Assembly: GCA_001179505.1 (NCBI GenBank)
Contig: CDMY01000276.1
Coordinates: 62,001 to 126,000 of the forward strand
Source: Vitrella brassicaformis CCMP3155
Lineage: Eukaryota > Protista > Chromerida
Direction of reading: 5' to 3'
Length of the DNA stretch: 64,000 bases
The notes under the pieces are model-generated. The model had not been told where the DNA came from. It saw nothing but the letters and a program-made list of their open reading frames with translations, and did not search any database. Position 1 is the first letter of the stretch, and each line of letters starts with the position of its first letter. Positions 1-10,830 of this stretch are shown piece after piece. The position numbers and the translations under genes were made by a program.

Positions 1-38
1 CAACACACACGTCGGCTTTTATTGTCTGTGCTGCACAG

Positions 39-158
39 TTCACTGTGAAACGTCGCAGCCACTCCGGTTGGCAGCTCTACCAGTGCCGCCTGCCGAAAGT
101 CTTCATCTGCCCCACCGACTTCACGGTCAAGAACATCGACTTCCTGAAAGGAGCCTGA
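39..158 (+). CDS. Terminal exon of a gene that begins upstream of the window (FTVKRRSHSGWQLYQCRLPKVFICPTDFTVKNIDFLKGA*); product unknown
   Basis: Acceptor cacag at 34-38, then a 40-codon open frame ending TGA at 156-158 with coding-like codon use. Confidence 0.6.
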   Translation, partial: FTVKRRSHSGWQLYQCRLPKVFICPTDFTVKNIDFLKGA

Positions 159-467
159 GAAGAAATGAATCCCTCTGCAGCACATCACACAAAGACAGAG
201 AGACAGAGACAGAGAGAGAGAGACAGAGAGATTCATGAACACACACGACAGGACAATCATTTGCGGACGGCAGTCCGTCCCCATGAAGTGGTCTGTCTGT
301 CTGCTTTGTCTGTCTGTTTGTCTGTCTGTCGTCTCCCGACTGACCATGGAAACGTCCACAGTCTCTGTCTCAAGACGCACACAGACGCAAAAACCACTCA
401 CAGTACAAAGCACACATGTCTGCACCCAGCCAGCACCCACCACTACTCCCCCCCTACGCTCACTCAG

Positions 468-2206
468 TCAGTGTCCGCCACTGTCTTGCTCGGCATCCTG
501 GTCGACGTCCTCATGCTTCTTCAGCCTGACACCGCCCAGCCCAAGACACACGGCCATGAACGAGCCATCCACACGAGGGTGTCGATCCCAAGGAGGCCTG
601 CCAGCCGCCTCCATGAGCACCATACACACGCACCTCTGCCGGAGTGACTTTATCTCTTCGTTTTTCTTCTGCAGCATCGACTGCACACACGCACACACAA
701 AGATGCGCACGCACTCTCGTGCAGGATATGACACCCCGCCTCGCCTCTGTGTTGGTGCTCACCTTGAGCTGTTTGACGGGTGCCGACTCTGAGAGGCGCC
801 TCTGCTGGTCGGCCTGCAGATCGGCCAGGGCTGCGTCTTTGGCTGACAGCAACGCCTGAACCAAACAAACAGCGTGTAGTACTGCTAGGTGCTTCCGTAC
901 CGCCACGAGTGCGGCCAAACAAACAAACGTGCCTTTGTGTCGTTGAGCGATTTTTCGATCTCCTCCATCTGTGCCCTGCCAGCCGGCTGCATCAATTGGC
1001 CGGCATACGCGACACCCATCCATCCATCCATGTGTGTCGGTCGGCGTGCCGCGCGCTGCGTACCTCGCCCTCGATCTCTTTGAACTTCTTCTTGAGTATC
1101 TTGAAGTTGCCCTTGACCTTGTCGAGCTCCTCCCCCATCGCCGACCGCTCCTTCAGCAGCTCAGACAACTGCACACACTCACAGGGGACACACAGCATGT
1201 GTGGGTGGGTGAGTAGGGGTGTGTAGGTGTTTCTTTGCCTGCTGCTGCATCTGCTGCTGCCTGTCGATGAGCTGCTGGTTCTGATCCCTCGCCTCCTGCA
1301 GCTCATGCAGGGCCGTCGGCGAATGGCCAGAGGCCCCATGCGCTGCCTGACCGTCATGCAGACAGACGGACAGACAGACAGACCGGCAGACAGACAATGT
1401 GGTCAAGAAAGAGGGTATCCTTCTTTGTTGCTTACCCCCAGCACCGGCAAATGTCCTCGCTTGGCGGCGCCCTGCACACATTACACACATGGAGGTACAC
1501 TGACGGGCGCATTGGACGCTGCATGTCCTGTTGATATGTGCAGCCATGCAGTTACGTGTTCGTGTACGTGTGCGTCACCTCACCGAGGTGAGGTCGAGTT
1601 TTTTGAGGGCCGCGGTGGCCGAGGCGGCCTCACCCAACGCAGCAACCTCCTGCACACGATGCCTGAACAGATAGATAAAGCACTACACGCGTGTCTGTCC
1701 CTCCCTCCCTCCCTCCCTCCCTCCCTCCCTGTGTGTGTGGGTGTTGGCATCAGCCAGCTACGTACTGGTCTTCAGCGAGTGCGGTGTCGGACGAGAGTTG
1801 GACGGCCTGCTGCTGTGCGGCAGTGCACAGCTGCGCGAAGACGACGCCCGAGAGGTTGGCCAGGCTCTCCAGCTCCTCGCGCACCAGCTCCTTCAGCCGC
1901 TCACTTAACGCACCCAGCATCTCCTCGGCCTAATAGATGGATAGATGGATGGATGGATGTGTCTGCGAGTGAAGGACTCTCGGGAAGAACGTACGTCTTT
2001 CTTGGTGAAGACGTCATCGATGCACCTGCCAACCGAACAGACACGCACACAGGCGTATCACATCTATCGTGCCGCCCAGCAACGCACCTTTCGTCCTTGA
2101 CGTCGTCGGTGGTGTCTGTGACCTCTTTGATGAATCGATCTCGCCTGCCCTTGCAGTGCAGCAGGTAACGCTGCAGCTGCTCACGGTGGCTCTCACTCAA
2201 CTCCAT
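468..2206 (-). CDS. LZTFL1: Leucine zipper transcription factor-like 1 (BBS17, BBSome regulator), about 10 exons; alternative in-frame ATG at 2257
   Basis: Spliced product MELSESHREQLQRYLLHCKGRRDRFIKEV...CIDDVFTKKD AEEMLGALSERLKELVREELESLANLSGVVFAQL...SESAPVKQLK SMLQKKNEEIKSLRQRLKKHE. Both ends match LZTFL1 as I recall it (LNEHHQNEVINYMRFARSKR; YRNMKEILTKKNDQIKDLRKRL). Confidence 0.85.
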
Positions 2207-2227
2207 TTTTGGCTTTTCTTCACCATC

Positions 2228-2253
2228 GGGTTTTGGGTTCGGAACCCTGGACC
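2228..2253. promoter_or_regulatory. Telomere-like inverted element gggttc-g-gaaccc (2235-2247) plus TGGACCC in the LZTFL1/LSM3 divergent promoter
   Basis: Read directly: gggttttgggttcggaaccctggacccc. The regulatory role is inference. Confidence 0.4.
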
Positions 2254-2324
2254 CCATGCGAGCTCAATGCACCCAACTCAGGGAATGTCGTAGGGGATGA
2301 GATCTCGGCGGGTCTGAGAAGAAG

Positions 2325-2594
2325 ATGGACACATCGCAGGTCGAAGGTGAGTGAGAACCGACGCAGACAGGCAGACGCCACGCTGTGCCTGCCACACATC
2401 TATCAATCTGCGTGCATGATTGAAGCTGTGTGTGTGTGTGTGTGTCAGTTCCGCTAGATCTGATTCGTCTGAGTCTGGATGAGAAGGTCTACGTCAAGTG
2501 CAAGGGCGACAGAGAACTCACCGGCAAACTGCACGTACGTCAGCCAGCCGTCGTCCATCAATCAATCACCAGGCAGACAGGCAGACAGGCAGCA

Positions 2595-2631
<37 letters not shown>

Positions 2632-2944
2632 TGTGATTGTGTGACGGTGTCATCAGGCGTTTGACCAGCACTTGAACATGGTACTTGAGGCGGTGGAGGA
2701 GACCGTCAAGACCACATATGTCGACGAGACGGACGGCGAGGAACGCGTCAAGGTACGTGGAGGGGGAGGCAGGCAGTAGTCACTTCCTAGATCAACACTT
2801 ACTTGCAGAGCACTCTGATGTGCGTCTGCGTGTGTGTGTGCGTGCGTGTGTGTTCAGCGTACGAAGCGGACGATGGAGATGCTGTTTGTGCGCGGCGATT
2901 CCGTGATACTGGTGTCCCCCCCGGTGCGGACACACCAGTCATGA
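2325..2944 (+). CDS. LSM3: U6 snRNA-associated Sm-like protein LSm3, 4 exons
   Basis: Spliced [51 protein letters not shown]...[23 protein letters not shown]. Canonical Sm1/Sm2 motifs and three GT-AG introns. Confidence 0.95.
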
Positions 2945-3583
2945 CAACACATCACGCACGCACACACACATTGACTGGTGTAGCTGCGACCTGTGACCTT
3001 TGAGACCCCATTCGCGAACAGGTGTGTGTGTGTGTGTGTGTCGAAAGATTCCCATAGCCGTTTCACCTTTCACTGTTTGTTGACCCGTTGATGCCTGCCT
3101 GCCTTACTACCACTACGTCTACACACACGCACACCAACGAGCGGACAGACCGACACACACACGCACACACACGTCCATCCATCCATCCAGAGCATGCAAC
3201 GTATATTTGCAAAGAAAACACTGTGTGTGCACACGAAGGGCACACAGACGGGCGGAGAGAGAGAGAGAGCGCGGCACATCACGCGACATACGCACATCCA
3301 GCACACATACGCTAAAACCCGTCCATCGGGCAGACAGACAGACAGACCGACAGAGACAACATGCGTCGACACATGCATGTCCGTTGTCGTTTGCGTGTGC
3401 AGACAAGTCTCAGCTTCCTTCGTGTCGATCGTGGGTTCATCTTCATACGTGTGTCGTCTTTCGTTTCACCTTCATTTATCGATCCGTTCGTTCGTTCGTT
3501 CGTTTGTGTGTCCGTCACGGTGATTACGTACGTGTAAACACACAGGCAGACGACAAGATACAGACAGAAGGCGACGCGCGACG

Positions 3584-3883
3584 NNNNNNNNNNNNNNNNN
3601 NNNNNNNNNNNNNNNNNNNNNNNNNNNNNNNNNNNNNNNNNNNNNNNNNNNNNNNNNNNNNNNNNNNNNNNNNNNNNNNNNNNNNNNNNNNNNNNNNNNN
3701 NNNNNNNNNNNNNNNNNNNNNNNNNNNNNNNNNNNNNNNNNNNNNNNNNNNNNNNNNNNNNNNNNNNNNNNNNNNNNNNNNNNNNNNNNNNNNNNNNNNN
3801 NNNNNNNNNNNNNNNNNNNNNNNNNNNNNNNNNNNNNNNNNNNNNNNNNNNNNNNNNNNNNNNNNNNNNNNNNNNNNNNNNNN
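3584..3883. other. Assembly gap (300 N)
   Basis: Run of N. Confidence 1.
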
Positions 3884-4032
3884 TCCCCTCCCCTCCCCTC
3901 CCCTCCCCTCACGCACATGAACGAGTCACTTGGCTGGGCAGCCTGCTATCCGATACGTTGATGAAAAGAAGGCAGGCCCCTACTCGGCAGAAGCCGGCCG
4001 GAGTGGCCCAGCTATAGTGGCGGCAGTTAGTC

Positions 4033-5188
4033 CTAATTGAGTGGCTCGTGGCAGATATAGCCGAGGGAGGATGACGAACCAAAATACATATTGGCAAAGA
4101 TATGCTTTCCTCCTTTCTTCCAGCCCTGGCATTCGAGGCCGTCTTTGCAGTCCCGTCGGTAGTTCTGGGTAATCCCGCAGGCGTCCCACTTCTCGCCAGC
4201 GGTCTAAACACACACACACACACACATACGCACATGGATGGAAAAGAGTGTTTGTTGACTGATTGAGTCACCTAGACAGATGCGGGTGCTTCCTTCCCTT
4301 TCCTTTCCTTTCCTTTTCATTTCTTGCTTGCCTTGCATGTTCCGGTGTCGGCTGTGTGGAAGGCCTTGACGTCTCCCTTGCTGTCGAATTCGACGTCAAC
4401 GTGGAAATAGGAGTACATAGCGGGCTGGTGGGGACCGTGCTGCCGCCAGTCTGGGCAATCGCTGGTTTTCTCACAAGGGCCTGAAGGCAGCCAAGCAGGC
4501 AGGCAGGCAGGCAGACACCCAGGCAGCAAAGGGCCCAGAGAGCAAAAGACCATGGATGGATGGACGGATGGATGGATGGATGGACGGATGTGTGTGCCTA
4601 CCTCCGGATGCCCACACTTTGTTGCGGCCGTCAAGCTCTTCGTATGCGTCTATGTCAGCTGCAGCCACCCGTCCATTCATCGGGCAAAGAAAGACAGACA
4701 CATGATGGTGCATTACCAACAGCAGCTGCCTTCGTGTGTGTGTGTGTGTGTGTGTGTGTGTACCTGTGAGGCCACGGATGCGGCTCTCTACGTTGTCGAT
4801 GGCGGCGAGGGCTGAGCCGCTCAGCTCGTTGGTGGCACTGGTGAGCTTGATGGCCGACTGCAGGATGGCCTTGCCCATCTGGATCTGCTGCAATGCCGAC
4901 AACTCACCAGCACCCAACACAGCACCTGCCCACAAAAACATTCTCAGAGAGGGCACCACGTGTGCAGCACACAAAGATCTGGGTGTACCGTGCTTGTTTA
5001 CGGCCGTAGTCGTGTGCTTAGTGGCCTGGATCTCCTGAGTGTGGCCACAGAAGTATCCCATCCCATCCATGGACCATACCATTCCCTTTCGTGATAGATC
5101 TCGCCGCCACACGTACCATTCACGTCGGCGCTGCAGTCCTTCCCCTCCTCGCAGTCGGGGCCATAGCTCCCCTCGCCCACCCACATCT
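4033..5188 (-). CDS. Cys-containing putative secreted protein, paralog A of the gene at 40395-42225. First (signal peptide) exon not found, so possibly 5'-truncated.
   Basis: Exons MWVGEGSYGPDCEEGKDCSAD / EIQATKHTTTAVNKH / GAVLGAGELSALQQIQMGKAILQSAIKLTSATNELSGSALAAIDNVESRIRGLT / ADIDAYEELDGRNKVWASG / GPCEKTSDCPDW...DTGTCK / TAGEKWDACGITQNYRRDCKDGLECQGW...GYICHEPLN*. Splice phases are consistent. Confidence 0.7.
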
Positions 5189-5356
5189 CTGTGGGGCCAC
5201 AGATCAGCCATGCGGCAATCCATACGCACAAAAGATCTGCAGGCCCGCCTGGCCAAGGCCGTTGGGTTCGAGAATCCTCTAGACCTTCTTGCAGCGGGCC
5301 GCGTTGTGAGGAGAGAAGGCGGGCTGTCTGTGTGTCTGGTGTTGATACAGTAGCCT

Positions 5357-5391
<35 letters not shown>

Positions 5392-5459
5392 TGACAGTGA
5401 CGTTGCATGTGTGCTGACAAGCAGATGTTGGCTTCATGGTCAAAAAGTCGCCATTCTCA

Positions 5460-5780
5460 TTGCAAAGGTGTGATTTGTGGCCGAGCAGCTGTCAGGCTGG
5501 TCAAAGGGCTGTCATTGTGCCTCAGAAGGCTGTCATGCTGCGTGAGAAGGCCATCTTTCGGCAGCAGCAAGTTGGCTGCTTGGTCACGAAACTGTCTTTT
5601 TGGTGGATGATCTATCTTTTTGCAATGGCGAGTCATCTTTTTGGTCATGAAGCCATCTTTTTGGTGGGAGGAAGCGGTCTTTTTGCCTCAGAAAGTCAGC
5701 TTCTGCCCCAGATCGACAGCTCGATCGCAGACCAAAAAGCCAGCTTCGGCTGGAGGAAGTCAACTTTTTGCCCAGACCCT
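5460..5780 (-). pseudogene. Decayed ~21-bp tandem repeat that once encoded Q-K-D-x-L-L-R heptads
   Basis: Units such as caaaaagaccgcttcctccca, caaaaagatgactcgccattg, ccgaaagatggccttctcacg and cagcatgacagccttctgagg. Indels shift the frame between units. Confidence 0.5.
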
Positions 5781-5852
5781 TCCTTGTCGTGGCTAGCTGC
5801 AGATCTGCGAATGCAAGACTGGCGCTGTCGGTCAATGACATGCATCACTAGC

Positions 5853-8800
5853 TCAGTGCTGCCCCTCCGAGAGGAATGCGAGCATCTCGCTGCTGTACAG
5901 CTGCTGAAACAACTGCTGGAAGCCATCCACCACCTGCACGCAACACAACACAACACAACACACCACAACACAACACACACATCACCCCACACGCGCATCT
6001 CTCCCTCTCTGGCTGCAAGCTGCGCACCTGACTCTCAGGTGAGTTGGCCCCGCCATGTCGGCGCACTATCAACGGTATCCGCATCATGGCGCGACGAAAG
6101 TCCTCCGGTTGGCTGGCAATCAGTGCAGTGAGCGCCCCAGCACACACAGAGAGGCAGTGAGCGTGTGGAATGGTGGAAGCTTATTGATCTCAAGTTCTCT
6201 CTCAAAGCACTCACGCCTTACGTGTATGAGCCCGTCTCGAGATGGCCTCTCACCGTCGACAGGTCGCTGGCATCCTCGGGCGGCACTCTGCACATACAAA
6301 CGACACNNNNNNNNNNNNNNNNNNNNNNNNNNNNNNNNNNNNNNNNNNNNNNNNNNNNNNNNNNNNNNNNNNNNNNNNNNNNNNNNNNNNNNNNNNNNNN
6401 NNNNNNNNNNNNNNNNNNNNNNNNNNNNNNNNNNNNNNNNNNNNNNNNNNNNNNNNNNNNNNNNNNNNNNNNNNNNNNNNNNNNNNNNNNNNNNNNNNNN
6501 NNNNNNNNNNNNNNNNNNNNNNNNNNNNNNNNNNNNNNNNNNNNNNNNNNNNNNNNNNNNNNNNNNNNNNNNNNNNNNNNNNNNNNNNNNNNNNNNNNNN
6601 NNNNNNCTTTCCCCCCCCCCCCCTCTCTCTCTCTCTCTCTCCTTGTGTCTGTCTGTCTGTCTGCGAGTGTCACTGACGTGAAGGAGAAAGGCCCCAACAG
6701 CTGCGTGAACCGCTGGCTCATCAAGTCGAGCAGGTCCCTGGCCTTGTTCGTCCACTCCACACCCTTCGCACCAACACCACCCGACACGTCCATCCCCTCC
6801 CCATCTAACCCGCCCAAAGCATCAGCGACAGCGGCAGCAGCGGGTGCCATTGCCACTTCATGATCCTCCTTGGTGCGCTTGCCGCCGCGCATGGACGAGG
6901 CCGAGCTGGAAGGGCCGCTGAGGGAGAGGGGGGCGAGGGCGGCCGCCTGCTCGTCACCTTCCAGCGGCTGACGGCCAAGCCACTCCCTCTCGTACCTGAG
7001 ATGATGTGAGATGACATGAGATGAGATGAGATGAATGAGCGACATGTGTCACCTTCTGATCATGTCAGTAGTGGGCGGGCCCTTCTTGCTGGCCGTGGGC
7101 TGCAGCGCGGGGATGAGCGGTGGGAGGGACGGTAGCGGGAGACACCGCGGCCACCCCACACCGAACAACAGCCGGTACACCTCCGTGGCGTAGAAGACAC
7201 GCCTCTCACCCACACAGATGGGCTGCAGCCCATCGTGGCACAGGAAGTGCCACAGCAGGTCCGCACACGCCCTTGCGGCCGGCCCCGCGCCACCGTCCTT
7301 CTGCTCCCGCTCAGGTGTGGCCTCTCGGATGGCCGACACAACGACGCTCATCCCAAAGTCGCATGCGACGGACGTCAGGACATCCAGCAGCGCCTTCCAG
7401 CCATAGACCAGCAGATGGACGCCCTCCCTCGTGTGGTCCACCACCTTGTCGAGGGACATGGTGAAGGCGACGGCCGCGAGTACGCCGATGCCTCTCTCCC
7501 TCACCTCCGCCCCTTCGCGGACGCTCAGCCACCGACACACAGGGTGGAAATGGGTCGTCGATCGGTCGCTGTGGAAGAGGGGGGGCATCAGGTGGTCGGG
7601 AATGGACTTCCTGATGTCCTCACGCACCGACGGCAGCACAGGTGGCAGCCACGCCCCCGTGCAGGCGCCCCGCAGGACGCCCTCGGTCGCCGCCTGGATG
7701 GGGGCGAGAGTGGCCGGCCAGTTGTTGCGAGCCGCCTCTCTCCCCTGCTGCTCGCCATAGCTGAGCGGCAACACAACTCGATTGGCGCCTCTCTGGTGTT
7801 GCTGCGGGTGGTGGTGGTGAGGGTGGTGTAAGTCACGGAAGAAAGAGTGATGCCCCGCTCCCTGCTGGTGCTGTTGCCGTTGCTGGCTGCCTGTCCTCGG
7901 CTTGATGGCAGCCGAACTCTCCTCTCTGCCGCTGTTGCTCCTTGACGAAGGCCAAGATCCTCGCTGGGGGAGGGGCGGGGGAGGGTACCACGCCACGTCG
8001 TCACCACCAGGGCCAGGGCCACGGTGGTGGGCCCCCGGTCGTTTGGCTGGCAGACGCCTTCGCGGCTGTGCAGGCGAGCCGAAGAGAGGTGTCATGCTCA
8101 CGTGTGGGGCCGGGGGAGGGGGAGGGGGAGGGGGAGGGGCCTGGCGATCGCCGTGGCGTGTTGGGATTGGGGTGGTGGCGGTTGAGAGGGGCAGGAACGC
8201 GAGGGGGTTGAAGGAGAGGTGCATGTGGGCGTAGTGGCGGAACCGGGGGTGGGTGGTGAACAGGCGGATGGCCGCCGCACTCACCAGCTGCACATTTATG
8301 ACACACACACACACCCCAACCGACCCATTGAGGGATGGATGGATGGATGTCACCCAGACTCTTCTGCTCTCCTGCCTGTTCGAGTACCTGCCGTGTGGAG
8401 GGGCACTCGAAGTCGAATCGCATCCTCCGCCCCACCACCTCAGCGAGCCTCTCGAAGTCAGACAACCCCTCCACCCACCCCAGCCACTCCTCCCCCCGGC
8501 ACCTCTCTCCTCTCATCATCCGGCCGCCCTGCGCATACGGCCCCCTGTGCACCTGCATCGACGGCGACGCGGCCGAGAGCGAGTGGGGGTCCCTGCGCGG
8601 GGTGAGGGTGAGTGGCGATGGTGGCCCGGTGTTGTGATGTCTGTGTGGCGTGTGTGGGTGGTCGCTGTCTGGGGGGAGGTCGTCTTCGTCTTCTCGCAGC
8701 AGCTGTGAGGCGCTTCTCTCTATGGAGAGGTTTGGCAGGTCCTGGTTGCCGTACTCGCGCATGTCGAAGCGGAGCGTGGCGAGGCTGTCGATGGCGTTGG

Positions 8801-10799
8801 CCAGGTAGTGGGCGTCGGTATACTGCACCCACAACACGCATGGCGCATACGGATGGATGGATGGATGGCGGTGTGCGCATACCAACCAGTGTGTGCGAGT
8901 TGTGTGTGATGCGGTTGAGGCTGTTGTCGTTCTCCAGCAGCACTCGCGTCAGGATCTCCAGGCCCTCTTGACGGCTCCTGATTCACCGGATTACACATAC
9001 ACACTCATCAGGACAGGCGGCACAACACAACACGTCCTACAGCCCTGTCTGTCGTCTCACTTTCGGCTGTTCTGCGGCTCCAACAGCCGGGCGATCGCCT
9101 TCAGCAGCCCTTGCAGAAACAGATACTCGCTTACGACCCTGCACCCACCCACCCAGGCACCGCACCGACCGGAGTGCGTTGTGCGTCGTTCGTGTACGTG
9201 ACGCCCCATACCCACCGCACCCACCCACCCACCTGAATCTGTTGGGCTTCAGGAACTCCATCACTCGGCCGTCCTCGCTCTCCCTCTACACACACACACA
9301 CACTCACACACACCCCTCCCACATGCACCCCACACCTCACATGGACGGACACTGACTGACCTGGTTGGCCCCCACATGGACAGCCACGGCGACTCTTCCC
9401 CGCTGCGTGTGGGAGGGCAGCCTCTTGCGATCCGTGGCCACGCCGTGCACATAGTTGTGGCGGAAGTAGTCGATCAGCGCCTGGGACGCCTCGGGGTTGT
9501 ACGTCGACAGAGACAGAGTCGCCAACGCGTGGGCCGCCGCTGACCTGACCGAAACGGACCGAACCGATGCATGACGCATCGCACACGCACCCACAAAGCT
9601 GATGGGGTTGGATGGGCTGGGGTGGGCTGGGATCGTCACTTGCCTGACAGTCCAGTGGAATCCGACTCTGAGGATGGCCTGTGCGAGGACCTTGACGGCC
9701 TCCCTGTCGGCGGCGACGCGCTCGTCGGTGTCGAAGTGGGTGAGGGCGGCGATGGCCTCCAGCTGGCCGGTCACCGACGAGCCGTAGAACAGCTGGTGCA
9801 GCCACATGCTGGCAGACTGACAACGAACGAACCTGAGAGGGGAAGGAGAGAGAGGGACGGACGGAGGGAGGGAGAGAGACGATTGCGTGTGGGGTGGGTG
9901 TTTGCGGTGAGAAAAAGATGGTTGCGTTGCGTTGGCTGCTTACTTTGCGGGCCAGTCACCCTCCTGGTCCACGCCGATCCACAGCAGCGGGAGCCGGTAG
10001 TTGACGCCCTTCATGGCCCAGGTGGAGCCTATTTCATAGCACCCCTCGTCGGCAACACTCCTGGTCCGCTTAAAGGAACCCCCCGTGACCCGACCCTTGA
10101 CCTCTTTAGTCTCCACGGCTCTCCTGCCGATCTCTATCGGCTGCAAGTGGGGAATCCCGTCGTCGTCCACGATCGTCAGCGCCAGCTCGCCAGTGAACAG
10201 CGCCCCTCTGTCAAGAGCGTCCTGGGCCTCTTTCGGGCTCATGTCGGCCCAGGGGACCACCTCTCGGTCGGGGAGAAAGGCGTCCATCTGCTTCTCCCTC
10301 TCCCGCTCAGCCCAGGTCTCGACGAGGTAATCGCAGAAGGGCCCCTTGCCCACCAACTCGCTGGCTCGATCGGTTTTGTCCTCTCTCGCCCCGCCGTAGC
10401 CAAACCCCAGGCCGCCCCAGTACTGGGCCGCCTTGACGCGCTGGTCGTTGTCGCCTCTTTTCACCTTCTTGATGACCAGGCAGACCGGATCGTACGCGAG
10501 CGGCCCTCTGGTGGTGGTGGTGGTGGCGGGCTTGTTGTGTGTTTTGTGTGCTTCCGCCTGGGGTGTGGGTGATGGGCAGAGGAGGCCGAGGGTGTTGCTG
10601 CTAGTGTGGTGTGGCTGGGTGTTGCGTTGGGAGATGAAGAACTTGTACTTGCGCTGGGGGTCCTTGAGGGACTTTGGCTTGACGGGGAAGTACCACAACA
10701 GGTGGATCACGGGCGCACCTGACACACACACATGACAAAGCACAGCACAGCACAGCACAGCACACAGGGAGTCATAGACAGACAGACAGACAGACGGTC

Positions 10800-10830
<31 letters not shown>

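Noticed and set aside
5590-5700. Spaced tcttttttg-type repeats as a CRISPR array
   Set aside because: Units are about 21 bp, degenerate and codon-structured. There are no unique 30-40 bp spacers, no cas genes, and the context is eukaryotic.
9571-10572. Long antisense ORFs (9571-10572 +, 14245-15687 -, 7235-7831 + and similar)
   Set aside because: They are shadows of GC-rich exons on the opposite strand, which carries the recognisable protein and the splice signals.
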